Origin: an uncultured Bacteroidales bacterium
GTDB taxonomy: Bacteria; Bacteroidota; Bacteroidia; Bacteroidales; UBA4417
DNA length: 64,000 nt
Assembly (NCBI GenBank): GCA_903879715.1
Contig: CAIRMR010000032.1
Coordinates: forward strand, 11,022-75,021
Direction of reading: 5' to 3'
The position numbers and the translations under genes are program-made. The notes beneath the pieces are model-generated. The model was not told the DNA's origin. It saw only the letters and a program-made list of their open reading frames with translations, and did no database searches. Position 1 is the first letter of the stretch, and each line of letters opens with the position of its first letter. This document shows, piece by piece, positions 8,293 through 17,039 of this stretch.

Positions 8293-9276
8293 ATGACTTC
8301 ACTTTTCACTCAATATTTCCGGAAAGTTCCTGTTGCTTTTATTTTGACATTCTTCTTTTTTCCAATGATGTCAATCACATTAAAAGCTCAAAACAAACCC
8401 AAAGATGAAACAATTAAAATCAACGAAAATTGCCTGAAATGCCACGGGCAATCCAAGTATAAATATAATAATCCGGAATCAGGTACCGAAGTAACCAAGA
8501 GGATGTACCTCGAAACCATTATAAACCGTACCGAATTTTACGAATCAAACCATAAAACATTTAAATGTACAGATTGCCATTCTGCGGATTATGATACTTT
8601 CCCACATCCGGGACGTTTACGGATGGAATCGAAATATGCCTGTATCGACTGCCACGGCGGAGATGAAGCATATGCCAAATTTAAATTTGAAGAAATTGAG
8701 ACTGAATTCCAGTCGAGTGTGCATTCAACCAAGCACAGCGATGATTTTAACTGCTGGATGTGTCACAATCCTCATACCTATAAAATCAACGCCCGTTCGG
8801 ATGAAAAAATCAGAGATATTGTGGCTTACGACAACGCTATTTGCCTGAATTGCCACGCCGATATTACCAAGTACCAGATGCTCACGGATAAAGTGAATCC
8901 CAATATCCTCCAAAAACATGAATGGTTACCTAACCAGGCGCTGCATTTCAAAAATGTCCGTTGTATCGAGTGCCATGCCCGAACCAACGATTCAATCCTG
9001 GTAGCTCATAATATTCAGCCAAAATCTAAAGCTGTAAGAAGGTGCGTTGAATGTCATTCAACCAACTCAATCCTGATGGCTTCACTCTATAAATACAAAG
9101 TGCAGGAAGGACGAAGTAAAACAGGATTTTATAACGGAGTTATTATGAACGAAGGCTATGTTATTGGTGCCAACCGTAATTATTACCTTGGATTAATAAG
9201 TTTAATCATGTTCGGCTGCGTAGCATTTGGTATAGCAATTCATGCAACACTCAGAATTATAAAACGTAAGAAATAA
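8293..9276 (+). CDS. heptahaem c-type cytochrome with C-terminal transmembrane anchor
   Basis: Seven CxxCH motifs counted (CLKCH, CTDCH, CIDCH, CWMCH, CLNCH, CIECH, CVECH). N-terminal signal/anchor and a C-terminal hydrophobic helix (LGLISLIMFGCVAFGIAIHATL). Confidence 0.8.
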   Translation: MTSLFTQYFRKVPVAFILTFFFFPMMSITLKAQNKPKDETIKINENCLKCHGQSKYKYNNPESGTEVTKRMYLETIINRTEFYESNHKTFKCTDCHSADYDTFPHPGRLRMESKYACIDCHGGDEAYAKFKFEEIETEFQSSVHSTKHSDDFNCWMCHNPHTYKINARSDEKIRDIVAYDNAICLNCHADITKYQMLTDKVNPNILQKHEWLPNQALHFKNVRCIECHARTNDSILVAHNIQPKSKAVRRCVECHSTNSILMASLYKYKVQEGRSKTGFYNGVIMNEGYVIGANRNYYLGLISLIMFGCVAFGIAIHATLRIIKRKK

Positions 9277-9893
9277 TGTCACAAAAAATATATCTATATC
9301 CCGTGTGGATCAGGCTCTGGCATGCCTTAAATGCCATTCTTATCATCCTCCTGATCATCAGCGGTGTAAGTATGCAATATACAAATCCGGCTAACCCGTT
9401 TATCAGGTTCGATATTGCTGTTACCATGCATAATATCAGCGGAATGATACTTACTGCTAATTATATGGTATTTCTGATCGGAACTTTTATCACTCCAAAC
9501 GGAAAATATTACAAATTATCGTTGAACGGCTTATTTGCCAGGCTGATAAAACAGTTTACGTATTACACATTTGGTATTTTCAAACACGAAAGACCTCCAT
9601 TCCCTGTTACAAAAGAAAGCAAATTCAATCCTTTACAACAGTTTACCTATGTAATTGCCATGTTTATTCTGGTTCCTATTGTAATAATAACCGGTTGGGC
9701 ATTACTATATCCTGAAGTTGTGTTAACTAAATTTTTTCTTGGCAGTGGAATAAAAGTAAATGACTTTATCCATGTTATAATTGGATTCTTTGTATCCTTT
9801 TTTATGTTTGTTCATATTTATTTCTGCACCATAGGAGCAACTTTTGTAAGTAATTTTAAGAGCATGATCAATGGCTTTCACGAATCACACTGA
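9276..9893 (+). CDS. b-type cytochrome membrane subunit (Ni/Fe-hydrogenase/FdnI/PhsC-like cytochrome b)
   Basis: About 4 TM helices with conserved His (WHALNA, MHNISG, IHVIIG...FVHIYF). Its start overlaps the upstream stop (TAATG). Confidence 0.65.
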   Translation: MSQKIYLYPVWIRLWHALNAILIILLIISGVSMQYTNPANPFIRFDIAVTMHNISGMILTANYMVFLIGTFITPNGKYYKLSLNGLFARLIKQFTYYTFGIFKHERPPFPVTKESKFNPLQQFTYVIAMFILVPIVIITGWALLYPEVVLTKFFLGSGIKVNDFIHVIIGFFVSFFMFVHIYFCTIGATFVSNFKSMINGFHESH

Positions 9894-9972
9894 AATCTGA
9901 CGGTTTGCTGAAAAGCTTACTGTTCGGAATTGATCGAAACTTTCTCATCACTTAACATTAAAATGGCTTACC

Positions 9973-10935
9973 ATGGAAAATAAAAAGAAAGATGACAACA
10001 ACTCACGGAGAAATTTCCTGAAACTGGGTTTGTTGGCTGGTGCCGGTACTGTTGCAACAGGAGCATTGATTGCAACCGGGAAAAATACAGGTGAATCAGG
10101 CGAAAAGATAAAAGTACTAACCACTTCAGGTGAAGTGATGGAAGTAGATAAAAATTTCCTGACGCTTGCGCCGGTTGGCCGTGTAGAATCCCATGAAGGT
10201 ATTCCCGGTCGTAAGTTCGTTATGGTAATTGACCTGGCTAAATGTAAAAATGCACGTAAGTGTGTTGAAGAGTGCCAGAAAGGACACAACCTCCCAAAAG
10301 ACCAGGAGTTTATGAAGGTTTACCTGATGCAGGATTCAGAAAAAACTGCTCCTTATTGGTTTCCAAAACCATGCTACCATTGCGATAATCCCCAATGTGT
10401 AAGTGTTTGCCCGGTAGGTGCAACCTACAAGCGCAGCGACGGTATCGTTCTTATCGATAACGAACGTTGTATTGGATGTAAATTCTGCATGACTGGCTGC
10501 CCGTATTCAACACGTGTATTTTCCTGGAAAGCAGAAGAAGCATATGAGTCGGATCAACCATATTCACCAGAAAAAAGTGTACCAGGTGTTGAAGGAACGG
10601 TCTCCAAATGCGATTTCTGTCCTGACCTGGCCCGCGAAGGGAAGTTACCATATTGTGCATCAGCTTGTCCGATGGGAGTAATCTATTTTGGCGACATTGA
10701 CGAAGATGTAGTAACCAACGGAACCGAAACTTTTAAATTCAGCGAACTGATCCGCGACCGTTCCGGCTACAAATACCTTGATAACCTTGGAACCCGTCCG
10801 AATGTATATTATCTCCCACCTGTCGACAGGCAATTCCCGTTCGAACGAGGACTTGATGGCCTGGATGAGGAAGTCACCAAGAGATTTGAAAATACCCCCT
10901 ATGTAAAAAATCTTAAAAATAAGGAGACCCTGTAA
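9973..10935 (+). CDS. Tat-exported 4Fe-4S ferredoxin-type subunit (NrfC/PsrB/HmcB/DsrO-like)
   Basis: Twin-arginine signal SRRNFLKLGLLAGAG. Cys clusters CYHCDNPQCVSVCP, CIGCKFCMTGCP and CDFCPD...CASACP. Confidence 0.8.
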   Translation: MENKKKDDNNSRRNFLKLGLLAGAGTVATGALIATGKNTGESGEKIKVLTTSGEVMEVDKNFLTLAPVGRVESHEGIPGRKFVMVIDLAKCKNARKCVEECQKGHNLPKDQEFMKVYLMQDSEKTAPYWFPKPCYHCDNPQCVSVCPVGATYKRSDGIVLIDNERCIGCKFCMTGCPYSTRVFSWKAEEAYESDQPYSPEKSVPGVEGTVSKCDFCPDLAREGKLPYCASACPMGVIYFGDIDEDVVTNGTETFKFSELIRDRSGYKYLDNLGTRPNVYYLPPVDRQFPFERGLDGLDEEVTKRFENTPYVKNLKNKETL

Positions 10936-12260
10936 TGAGCGATACGGCTAGTTCTAATATTTTACTCCGGGAATTTGCACCTCAGATTGAACGCACCGGA
11001 ACACTGGGCAAACTGTGGATAACATTTCTTATTGGTGTTGTTCTGTTAGGTTTTTTCGCCCTTTACTGGCAGGTTTCGCGCGGGCATATTGTTACCGGTA
11101 TGCGCGATAACGTGGTATGGGGTGTTTATATCGTAAACTTCATCTTTTTCATGGGTATCAGTTATGCGGGTGCACTTATTTCAGGAGCACTGCATCTTTT
11201 TCATGCTGAATGGAGGAAACCTATTATCCGGATGGCTGAATTCATCACCATCATCTCACTTTTAATAGGCCCCGGCTTTATCATGATGTGTATCGGCCGC
11301 CTCGACCGTCTTCCGAATCTTATTCTCTTCGGGCGTATTCAGTCGCCAATCACCTGGGACGTTATTGCTATATCAACTGATATTTTCGGATGTATACTTT
11401 TCCTGTACCTGGCACTTTTACGCGATTTGGCTAAACTGCGCGATTTTGACGAACTGAAAGTTCCGAATTGGAAGAAAAAAATGTACAAAATTCTTGCCAT
11501 TGGTTATACAGGAACACCCGAACAGCAATTGCGGTTGAAAAAATCAACGGATATTATGGCAGGTATGGTTATTGCCATTGCAATTATAGTATACTCTGTA
11601 CTTGCGTGGATTTTCAGTGTAACCTTACAGCCAGGCTGGCATAGCACCATCTTCGGACCGTATTTCGTAATTGCTGCTGTATATTCCGGTACCGGTGTAC
11701 TTATCGTGGCCATGTATTTTTTCAGAAAAGTGTACCATCTGGAAGAGCATATTACGTTAAAACACTTTGTGAATATTGGAGTTATCATGTTGGTTCTAGC
11801 TGCTTTCTTTGGTTATTTTACCTTCAGCGAATACCTTACAAAATGGTATGGTTCGGAAAAAAATGACGAACAACTCATAGCCATCCTGTTCAAGGATTAT
11901 TACTCCCTGTTTATCCTTTCCAATTATATTGGTGTGCTGGTTCCACTGATTGTTGTAGGTTTCAAGAAACTACGCACAATCAATAACATTACTATAGCAG
12001 CATTCATTGTAATTATTGCTTTATGGCTGAACCGCTACCTTATTGTAGTGCCAACACTCGAATCACCTTATCTTCCTATCCAGGAGTCACGTGATGCATG
12101 GGCACATTATTCAGCCACATGGGTTGAATGGTCGCTCACAGCAGGTGGTGTTGCACTCTTCTGTCTGCTTTTCACCCTGGCTTCAAAAATGATACCCATC
12201 GTTCAGGTTTCTGATCTCAAGGAAGAACCTAAAGAAGCGGGTGACATTTACCTGAGGTAA
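10935..12260 (+). CDS. NrfD/PsrC-family polytopic quinone-interacting membrane subunit
   Basis: 441-aa protein with multiple TM helices directly after the NrfC-like gene. Start overlaps the upstream stop (TAATG). N-terminal WITFLIGVVLLGFFALYWQ...VVWGVYIVNFIFFMGISYAGALISG pattern is typical of NrfD-like proteins. Confidence 0.7.
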   Translation: MSDTASSNILLREFAPQIERTGTLGKLWITFLIGVVLLGFFALYWQVSRGHIVTGMRDNVVWGVYIVNFIFFMGISYAGALISGALHLFHAEWRKPIIRMAEFITIISLLIGPGFIMMCIGRLDRLPNLILFGRIQSPITWDVIAISTDIFGCILFLYLALLRDLAKLRDFDELKVPNWKKKMYKILAIGYTGTPEQQLRLKKSTDIMAGMVIAIAIIVYSVLAWIFSVTLQPGWHSTIFGPYFVIAAVYSGTGVLIVAMYFFRKVYHLEEHITLKHFVNIGVIMLVLAAFFGYFTFSEYLTKWYGSEKNDEQLIAILFKDYYSLFILSNYIGVLVPLIVVGFKKLRTINNITIAAFIVIIALWLNRYLIVVPTLESPYLPIQESRDAWAHYSATWVEWSLTAGGVALFCLLFTLASKMIPIVQVSDLKEEPKEAGDIYLR

Positions 12261-12306
12261 CAGAATTACAATAAGTTAATTAGTAAACAGGATAAAAAGA
12301 TTTTTT

Positions 12307-13209
12307 ATGAAAAGGATAAAAACAGGAATCATACTTGTCATCTTATTTCTGGCAGGAATGATGCAGGGATTTGCCCAGAATAATGCTGATACCACCAGCC
12401 CGGCAGTCACAGTGTTAAGATTTGCCTGTGTCAGTACTTCTGACGACAGTATACAGTTAAAAAGTGTTGTTAGTGTTAAACACGACGATGGAAGTACTAA
12501 CCTGGTTAACGCGCCGGTTATTTTTTACTCTGTTGAGAAAGATGGCGATCTGAAGATTGGCGAGGTAAAAACTGATGTTCATGGTACTGCGGTTCTCAAA
12601 ATTCCTGCCCGTAACACATACCTGCGCAACGATCAGCAGATGCTTTCATTCAAAGCAATGTATGATGGAAATAACAAATACGAAGCTTCAGAAGGTGAAT
12701 TTAGCCTTAAACCGGCAAAACTGGTAGTTTCATTTTATGAAGAAGATTCCATCCGGTATGTGAAAGTTGAAGGAACCCAGCTTAACAGCGATGGCACTGA
12801 AGTATCAATCGGAGCGGTTGATGTAATTGTATCAGTCCCTAAAATGTTCAGCATGCTTAAAATTGCTGAAATATCTCTTGATTCAACCGGTGTTGGTACA
12901 GCTGAATTTCCCCGCGACATTATTGGTGATTCAACCGGGAATCTCACCGTTGTTGCCTCTATTGAGGAAAATGATATTTTCGGAACGGTTCAAGGATCAT
13001 CAGATAAAAACTGGGGATTGCATAAACACCTGATTAGTCCGGATCGTCCTTCGCGGGAATTGTGGACACCCATAGCTCCACTCTGGATGATTATAACACT
13101 TATCGTAATGCTTTTGGGTGTTTGGGGACATTATGTATATGCGGTTGTACAATTGGTTATGATCAGCAAATCTTCAAAAACACTTCCGGCAGAAAATAGC
13201 AAAAAATGA
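12307..13209 (+). CDS. hypothetical secreted Ig-like/beta-sandwich protein with C-terminal TM anchor
   Basis: Signal peptide, beta-rich repeats (HGTAVLKIPA...), and a C-terminal helix LWMIITLIVMLLGVWGHYVYAVV. Last gene of the operon. Confidence 0.5.
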   Translation: MKRIKTGIILVILFLAGMMQGFAQNNADTTSPAVTVLRFACVSTSDDSIQLKSVVSVKHDDGSTNLVNAPVIFYSVEKDGDLKIGEVKTDVHGTAVLKIPARNTYLRNDQQMLSFKAMYDGNNKYEASEGEFSLKPAKLVVSFYEEDSIRYVKVEGTQLNSDGTEVSIGAVDVIVSVPKMFSMLKIAEISLDSTGVGTAEFPRDIIGDSTGNLTVVASIEENDIFGTVQGSSDKNWGLHKHLISPDRPSRELWTPIAPLWMIITLIVMLLGVWGHYVYAVVQLVMISKSSKTLPAENSKK

Positions 13210-13267
13210 AATTGATCTAAATTATCAGTTGATCAACAAAGACTTGAGAATACCATAAAGTCGAATT

Positions 13268-13310
13268 AAAAGCAAAAGCCACTTTCTAAAATAGTGGCTT
13301 TTGCTTTTTC
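13268..13310 (+). terminator. intrinsic terminator ending the cytochrome/NrfCD operon
   Basis: AAAAGCAAAAGCCACT-loop-AGTGGCTTTTGCTTTT followed by T. Confidence 0.75.
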
Positions 13311-13383
13311 CTGAACTTAATTTTTGATTATTTTCCCTGAGTGGGTAAAACCAGGAATTAACGACAATTTTTAATTACATGCT

Positions 13384-13830
13384 ATTCCTAATAGGTTCCA
13401 CGAAATAGTCGACCTGTTTGGCTGTATGAATAAAAAACCCTTGACCGATGGCATTGTATTGGTTTAGGTAACGCCTGGTTCGCTAAATAGTACAGCGACT
13501 TTTGCCGGATATTATTTCCTCGGAGTGCCTGACGGAGTAATTGCCACAAACTTTGTTTTTATACCCTCACTTTTAATTTTAATGGCAATTATCCCTTTTT
13601 TCGGCCACTTATCACCATATCCAAATTTCAGTAAAATCATTCATGGCATACTCTGTACCTTTGTTGGATTACTACTGATTACAACCATACATTTTGGAGT
13701 TGAGGGTGTATGGAATCCGTTTACTAAGGCAATAGGCCAGATATCACTTAGCTTATTCTTGTTTAAAGTTAATAGTACCTCGCTTATTGCAGGAGTATTG
13801 GTACTTTCTTTCTTTAATTATGCATGCCGT
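13384..13830 (+). pseudogene. chromate transporter (CHR/ChrA family) remnant, 5'-truncated with an in-frame TAG
   Basis: My translation reads ...KKPLTDGIVLV*VTPGSLNSTATFAGYYFLGVPDGVIATNFVFIPSLLILMAIIPFF...GILCTFVGLLLITT. This fits the ChrA pattern (l.dgialaQ.tPGp...). The TAG at 13465-13467 sits where Gln is expected. There is no start or N-terminal half, and the reading frame runs into the convergent gene. Confidence 0.45.
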
Positions 13831-13839
13831 GATGCCTAT

Positions 13840-14655
13840 TTATTCAATCTTTCCAACCGTAAACACATCAAACCCATTCTCTTTAGCCATCTGCATTGCC
13901 GGTTGATTCTGCATGATGGCTCCGCCCCAAAAATTATGATCATAGCTATGCGGGCTTATAAACCAGCTATCGATATTCATAACGATTTCAATATTACACG
14001 TTTTATTCTCTTCCACAGTAATTGCTGAATTGGGCAGCTTAACGCTGAAATAATTCTGTACAAAAGCATAAATGGAATCCACTTCTATCACATTGCTTTT
14101 GTACAACTGACCGATTCCCATGTGAAAAGCATAGCTCATAATCACATTTTCATTATTCTTCCAGCTTCCGTTAATCATCATGTAGTGATACCCGCCGCCT
14201 AAAATATCAGGCCACATCATATTCACTTCGGGCGGATTAACAAACCGGAACGATTGGTTTTTCTCTTTCGTGATCCCGAACACAAAAGAAATAGAGTCGT
14301 AGACTCCTGTGTCAATATCATCGTACACATCCCAGGTAAGTGTTGAAGGTATATCAATATCCACGTAATGAATATCGGTCCAGTCGCTGATCAGTTTAGT
14401 TGTTCCATCGGCTTTATGAAGAGTAACATCTGATATAAAATACATAATCTGGTTTATCTCATACGGATTTCCGGCAGCGTTTACATATTTCATAATATCC
14501 TTTTCCAGCGGCAATCCATCCACCAGGTGTATAAAACTTAATGAAATATGCCCTGTCGGTTTACCGTCATCAGGGGTATCGTTATTACATGATATATCCA
14601 GGAACAATAAAGTTCCCAGTAGTATCGAAACAAACAAGGCATATTTCATTTTCAT
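13840..14655 (-). CDS. lipoprotein of unknown function next to a TonB-dependent receptor (possibly MbnP-like metal-binding protein)
   Basis: Lipobox FLDISC and a beta-rich sequence. The MbnP assignment is a memory-based guess. Two in-frame ATGs exist (14655 and 14649). Confidence 0.55.
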   Translation of the reverse strand: MKMKYALFVSILLGTLLFLDISCNNDTPDDGKPTGHISLSFIHLVDGLPLEKDIMKYVNAAGNPYEINQIMYFISDVTLHKADGTTKLISDWTDIHYVDIDIPSTLTWDVYDDIDTGVYDSISFVFGITKEKNQSFRFVNPPEVNMMWPDILGGGYHYMMINGSWKNNENVIMSYAFHMGIGQLYKSNVIEVDSIYAFVQNYFSVKLPNSAITVEENKTCNIEIVMNIDSWFISPHSYDHNFWGGAIMQNQPAMQMAKENGFDVFTVGKIE

Positions 14656-14918
14656 GTGTTATTATTTATTAATTCATTGCTTATTTTCAGCGGTATTAAT
14701 GCTTGCTTCGCAGGTATTTTTAACGGGTCACATGGAACTCCATGACAAAATAATATCATCCGCCTGTGAGTCAAAATTGACTGATTTTGTCATGTTCGTT
14801 TCATGTGTTTATTTTTTAATTTTTTACGGGTCACATGGAACTCGCCATGGAAATAATCATCGCTCTGTGAGACAAATTATTGGCATGGCTCGTTTCATAT
14901 GGTGGTTTTTACGGGTCA
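14650..14918 (+). repeat. hairpin mosaic repeat, locus A: long unit 14650-14807, variant unit 14799-14901, truncated unit 14902-14918
   Basis: Near-identical to 46324-46469 and 62925-63184. Units are bounded by TTTCATNTG. Core hairpin is CACATGGAAC..CATGACAAAAT-loop-ATTTTGTCATG..CATGTG. Confidence 0.85.
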
Positions 14919-17039
14919 GATTGATAGATTAAGATTTACAAAAAGCACTCTGCCCGGTTCATATAATTTTTTATTTTCAGGTGAGCCAATAATTTTCCGG
15001 TTCAGATGTTCGTAGTACGAAACATCAAAGATATTATTTACTCCGGCATTAATGTTAATATTCTTACTAAGCTTGTACGCTACCGAAAAATTCATAATCG
15101 AGAATCCCGGTGTTTCAGGCTCATCAAAAGCATCTGATACATGATGCTGTGCAGCTACTAAACGATACGAGACCCTTGGAATAAGTTTGCCATGCAACAA
15201 ACGATAATTTACACTAAGAGTGGTTTCGAATGGAGGTATTTCAGGCAAAGCATCGTTTTTTATTACGATATCGCCAGGAACAACCTGACCAGCTATAAAA
15301 ATGTGTTTAGTTTCCGAAGGAATCTGCCCATAGGTAAGTGCTGCTATCACATTTACGCCAAGTTTATAAGCCTGCGGAGATGTATAGCCCAGCTCGAAAC
15401 CCGTAAAAGTTGCGTTATCAACATTTACGAACTGCTTCACCCCCAGCACTCCAAGAGTTGCAGGCATAATAACCGACGAAGGAAGCATTACAGCTGAAAT
15501 GTAATCCTTCACATACGAATAAAAACCATTTACATACATGGTTCCTAATTTCTTATCAGAGTATGTTAGTGTCAAATCAACTTCGTAGTTTGTCTCCGGT
15601 TTAAGTTGTGGATTACCCAGGTAATCGTAATTATCGTACCCTATGGTGAGTCGTTTAATGTAACGTTCCAGCATATTCGGGCTTCGCGTGCCGCGGGCAA
15701 AAGCTAAAGACACAGAAAGTTTTTCGGTAATTTTACGCGTTAATCCAAGGTTAGCGCTCAGGTTTACAAACTGCGAAGCGGTTTCATTAAAATATTCCAC
15801 ACCGTCTTTAATCAATACCAGGGTATCTTCCGAATCAGCCTTATTAAAATCAACCCGTATGGCTGCATCAAATTTGAATGAATTAAAACTGGTAGTATAA
15901 CCGGCAAACAAGCCCGCATTCCGGATTAAAGCCTTATTCCATAAATTGAATCTAGTGGTCGAAGTAGTTCCCATCATCAGCATAGTCATAGTTCGTACAC
16001 CATCCTTGTAAATATTTTCAAAATCTATACCTGCTGATAAATTCTGATTCTTTATTTTCATGCCCAGGATAGCCTTTCCTCCTGTATTTATAGCATTTAC
16101 ATCAGCAACCATCTGTTTGGCTGACCAGGTAATGCGGTTGCTGTTATCCATCAGGTGGTTAACATTGGTTCTGTAAACCTTAACATCCAGTGTTTTTATT
16201 ACTTCCGAAATATTCCTGGCCGAATAGTCCAAAGACATCATGCGTGTATCATCGCTTTTTTCGTCCATAGTGAGCGCCGGAAACATCACATCCCTGCCAT
16301 GCGACTCGCTGTATGAAAGCAAAACATTCTGCTTCGGGGAAATAGCCCATCCTGCTTTGGCCCCATAATTATACTTTGTAAATGATGTATTATAGGTCGT
16401 TGTTTCACCATCAGTCTTTCCGCTGCTGTAATCGCCATACTTACGATATCCGCCCGATGCGCGGAAATACACTTTACTATTCCCGCCATAAAGCGAGAAA
16501 TATTCCTTGGCCCCATCCCAATTGGTTTCATAGCCAAACATAGCATTTCCATGAATTTCAAATTTCGCGTACGGATGCGGATCTTCAGTCTGCAGATTGA
16601 TTACTCCGCCCAAAGCCGGTCCATAATTCAAAAGGAAAGGTCCTTTCACAAGATTAATCTGTGAAAGCTCTTCTACTTCCACATGTGCCGCAACCGGATC
16701 CATGCGGTTAGGACAGCCGTTTTCGATCTTCATACCGCCATCCATAACGACGTTTAGCTGGCTGAATTTGAAACCGCGAATAACAGGATCAATGGCACCG
16801 CCACCTTTTCGAATACCGGATACGTTAGGAATACTACGCAGGTAGTCCCCCACATCGCGGGTTGAAACTGACTGCATAATTTCTTTTGAAACCTGAGTTG
16901 TTACAAAGGGAGTTCGTTTTAAAAGAGTATCGGTAATTACAACACCCCCAAGCACTATTGTATCGCTAAGATGTTGTGCCCTGATTCCCGCCGCAAACAA
17001 CAGGAAAAAGCTTATGAACAGGTAAATTTTCTTTTTCAT
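14916..17039 (-). CDS. TonB-dependent outer-membrane receptor
   Basis: Signal peptide, plug domain (DTIVLGGVVIT...RGF...), and a long beta-barrel. 707 aa. Confidence 0.85.
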   Translation of the reverse strand: MKKKIYLFISFFLLFAAGIRAQHLSDTIVLGGVVITDTLLKRTPFVTTQVSKEIMQSVSTRDVGDYLRSIPNVSGIRKGGGAIDPVIRGFKFSQLNVVMDGGMKIENGCPNRMDPVAAHVEVEELSQINLVKGPFLLNYGPALGGVINLQTEDPHPYAKFEIHGNAMFGYETNWDGAKEYFSLYGGNSKVYFRASGGYRKYGDYSSGKTDGETTTYNTSFTKYNYGAKAGWAISPKQNVLLSYSESHGRDVMFPALTMDEKSDDTRMMSLDYSARNISEVIKTLDVKVYRTNVNHLMDNSNRITWSAKQMVADVNAINTGGKAILGMKIKNQNLSAGIDFENIYKDGVRTMTMLMMGTTSTTRFNLWNKALIRNAGLFAGYTTSFNSFKFDAAIRVDFNKADSEDTLVLIKDGVEYFNETASQFVNLSANLGLTRKITEKLSVSLAFARGTRSPNMLERYIKRLTIGYDNYDYLGNPQLKPETNYEVDLTLTYSDKKLGTMYVNGFYSYVKDYISAVMLPSSVIMPATLGVLGVKQFVNVDNATFTGFELGYTSPQAYKLGVNVIAALTYGQIPSETKHIFIAGQVVPGDIVIKNDALPEIPPFETTLSVNYRLLHGKLIPRVSYRLVAAQHHVSDAFDEPETPGFSIMNFSVAYKLSKNININAGVNNIFDVSYYEHLNRKIIGSPENKKLYEPGRVLFVNLNLSI

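Noticed and set aside
9948-10289. 113-aa minus-strand ORF, and many similar 60-135-aa ORFs antisense to long genes (for example 15192, 24040, 47777, 48064, 61948)
   Set aside because: They lie completely inside much longer ORFs that carry clear family motifs on the opposite strand, so they are shadow ORFs.
13525-14028. 167-aa + strand ORF as an intact gene
   Set aside because: It is the downstream part of a CHR-transporter remnant, with an in-frame TAG just upstream and no N-terminal half. Its last ~65 codons are antisense read-through into the convergent lipoprotein gene. It is annotated as a pseudogene instead.
14654-14932. 92-aa ORF (and its 103-aa counterpart at 63031..63342) as genuine proteins
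   Set aside because: Only the first ~29-50 codons are shared between copies. The remainder depends on which sequence follows the repeat: antisense of a neighbouring gene at locus C, further repeat units at locus A. Only the short N-terminal micropeptide idea is kept, as a low-confidence hypothesis in the findings.
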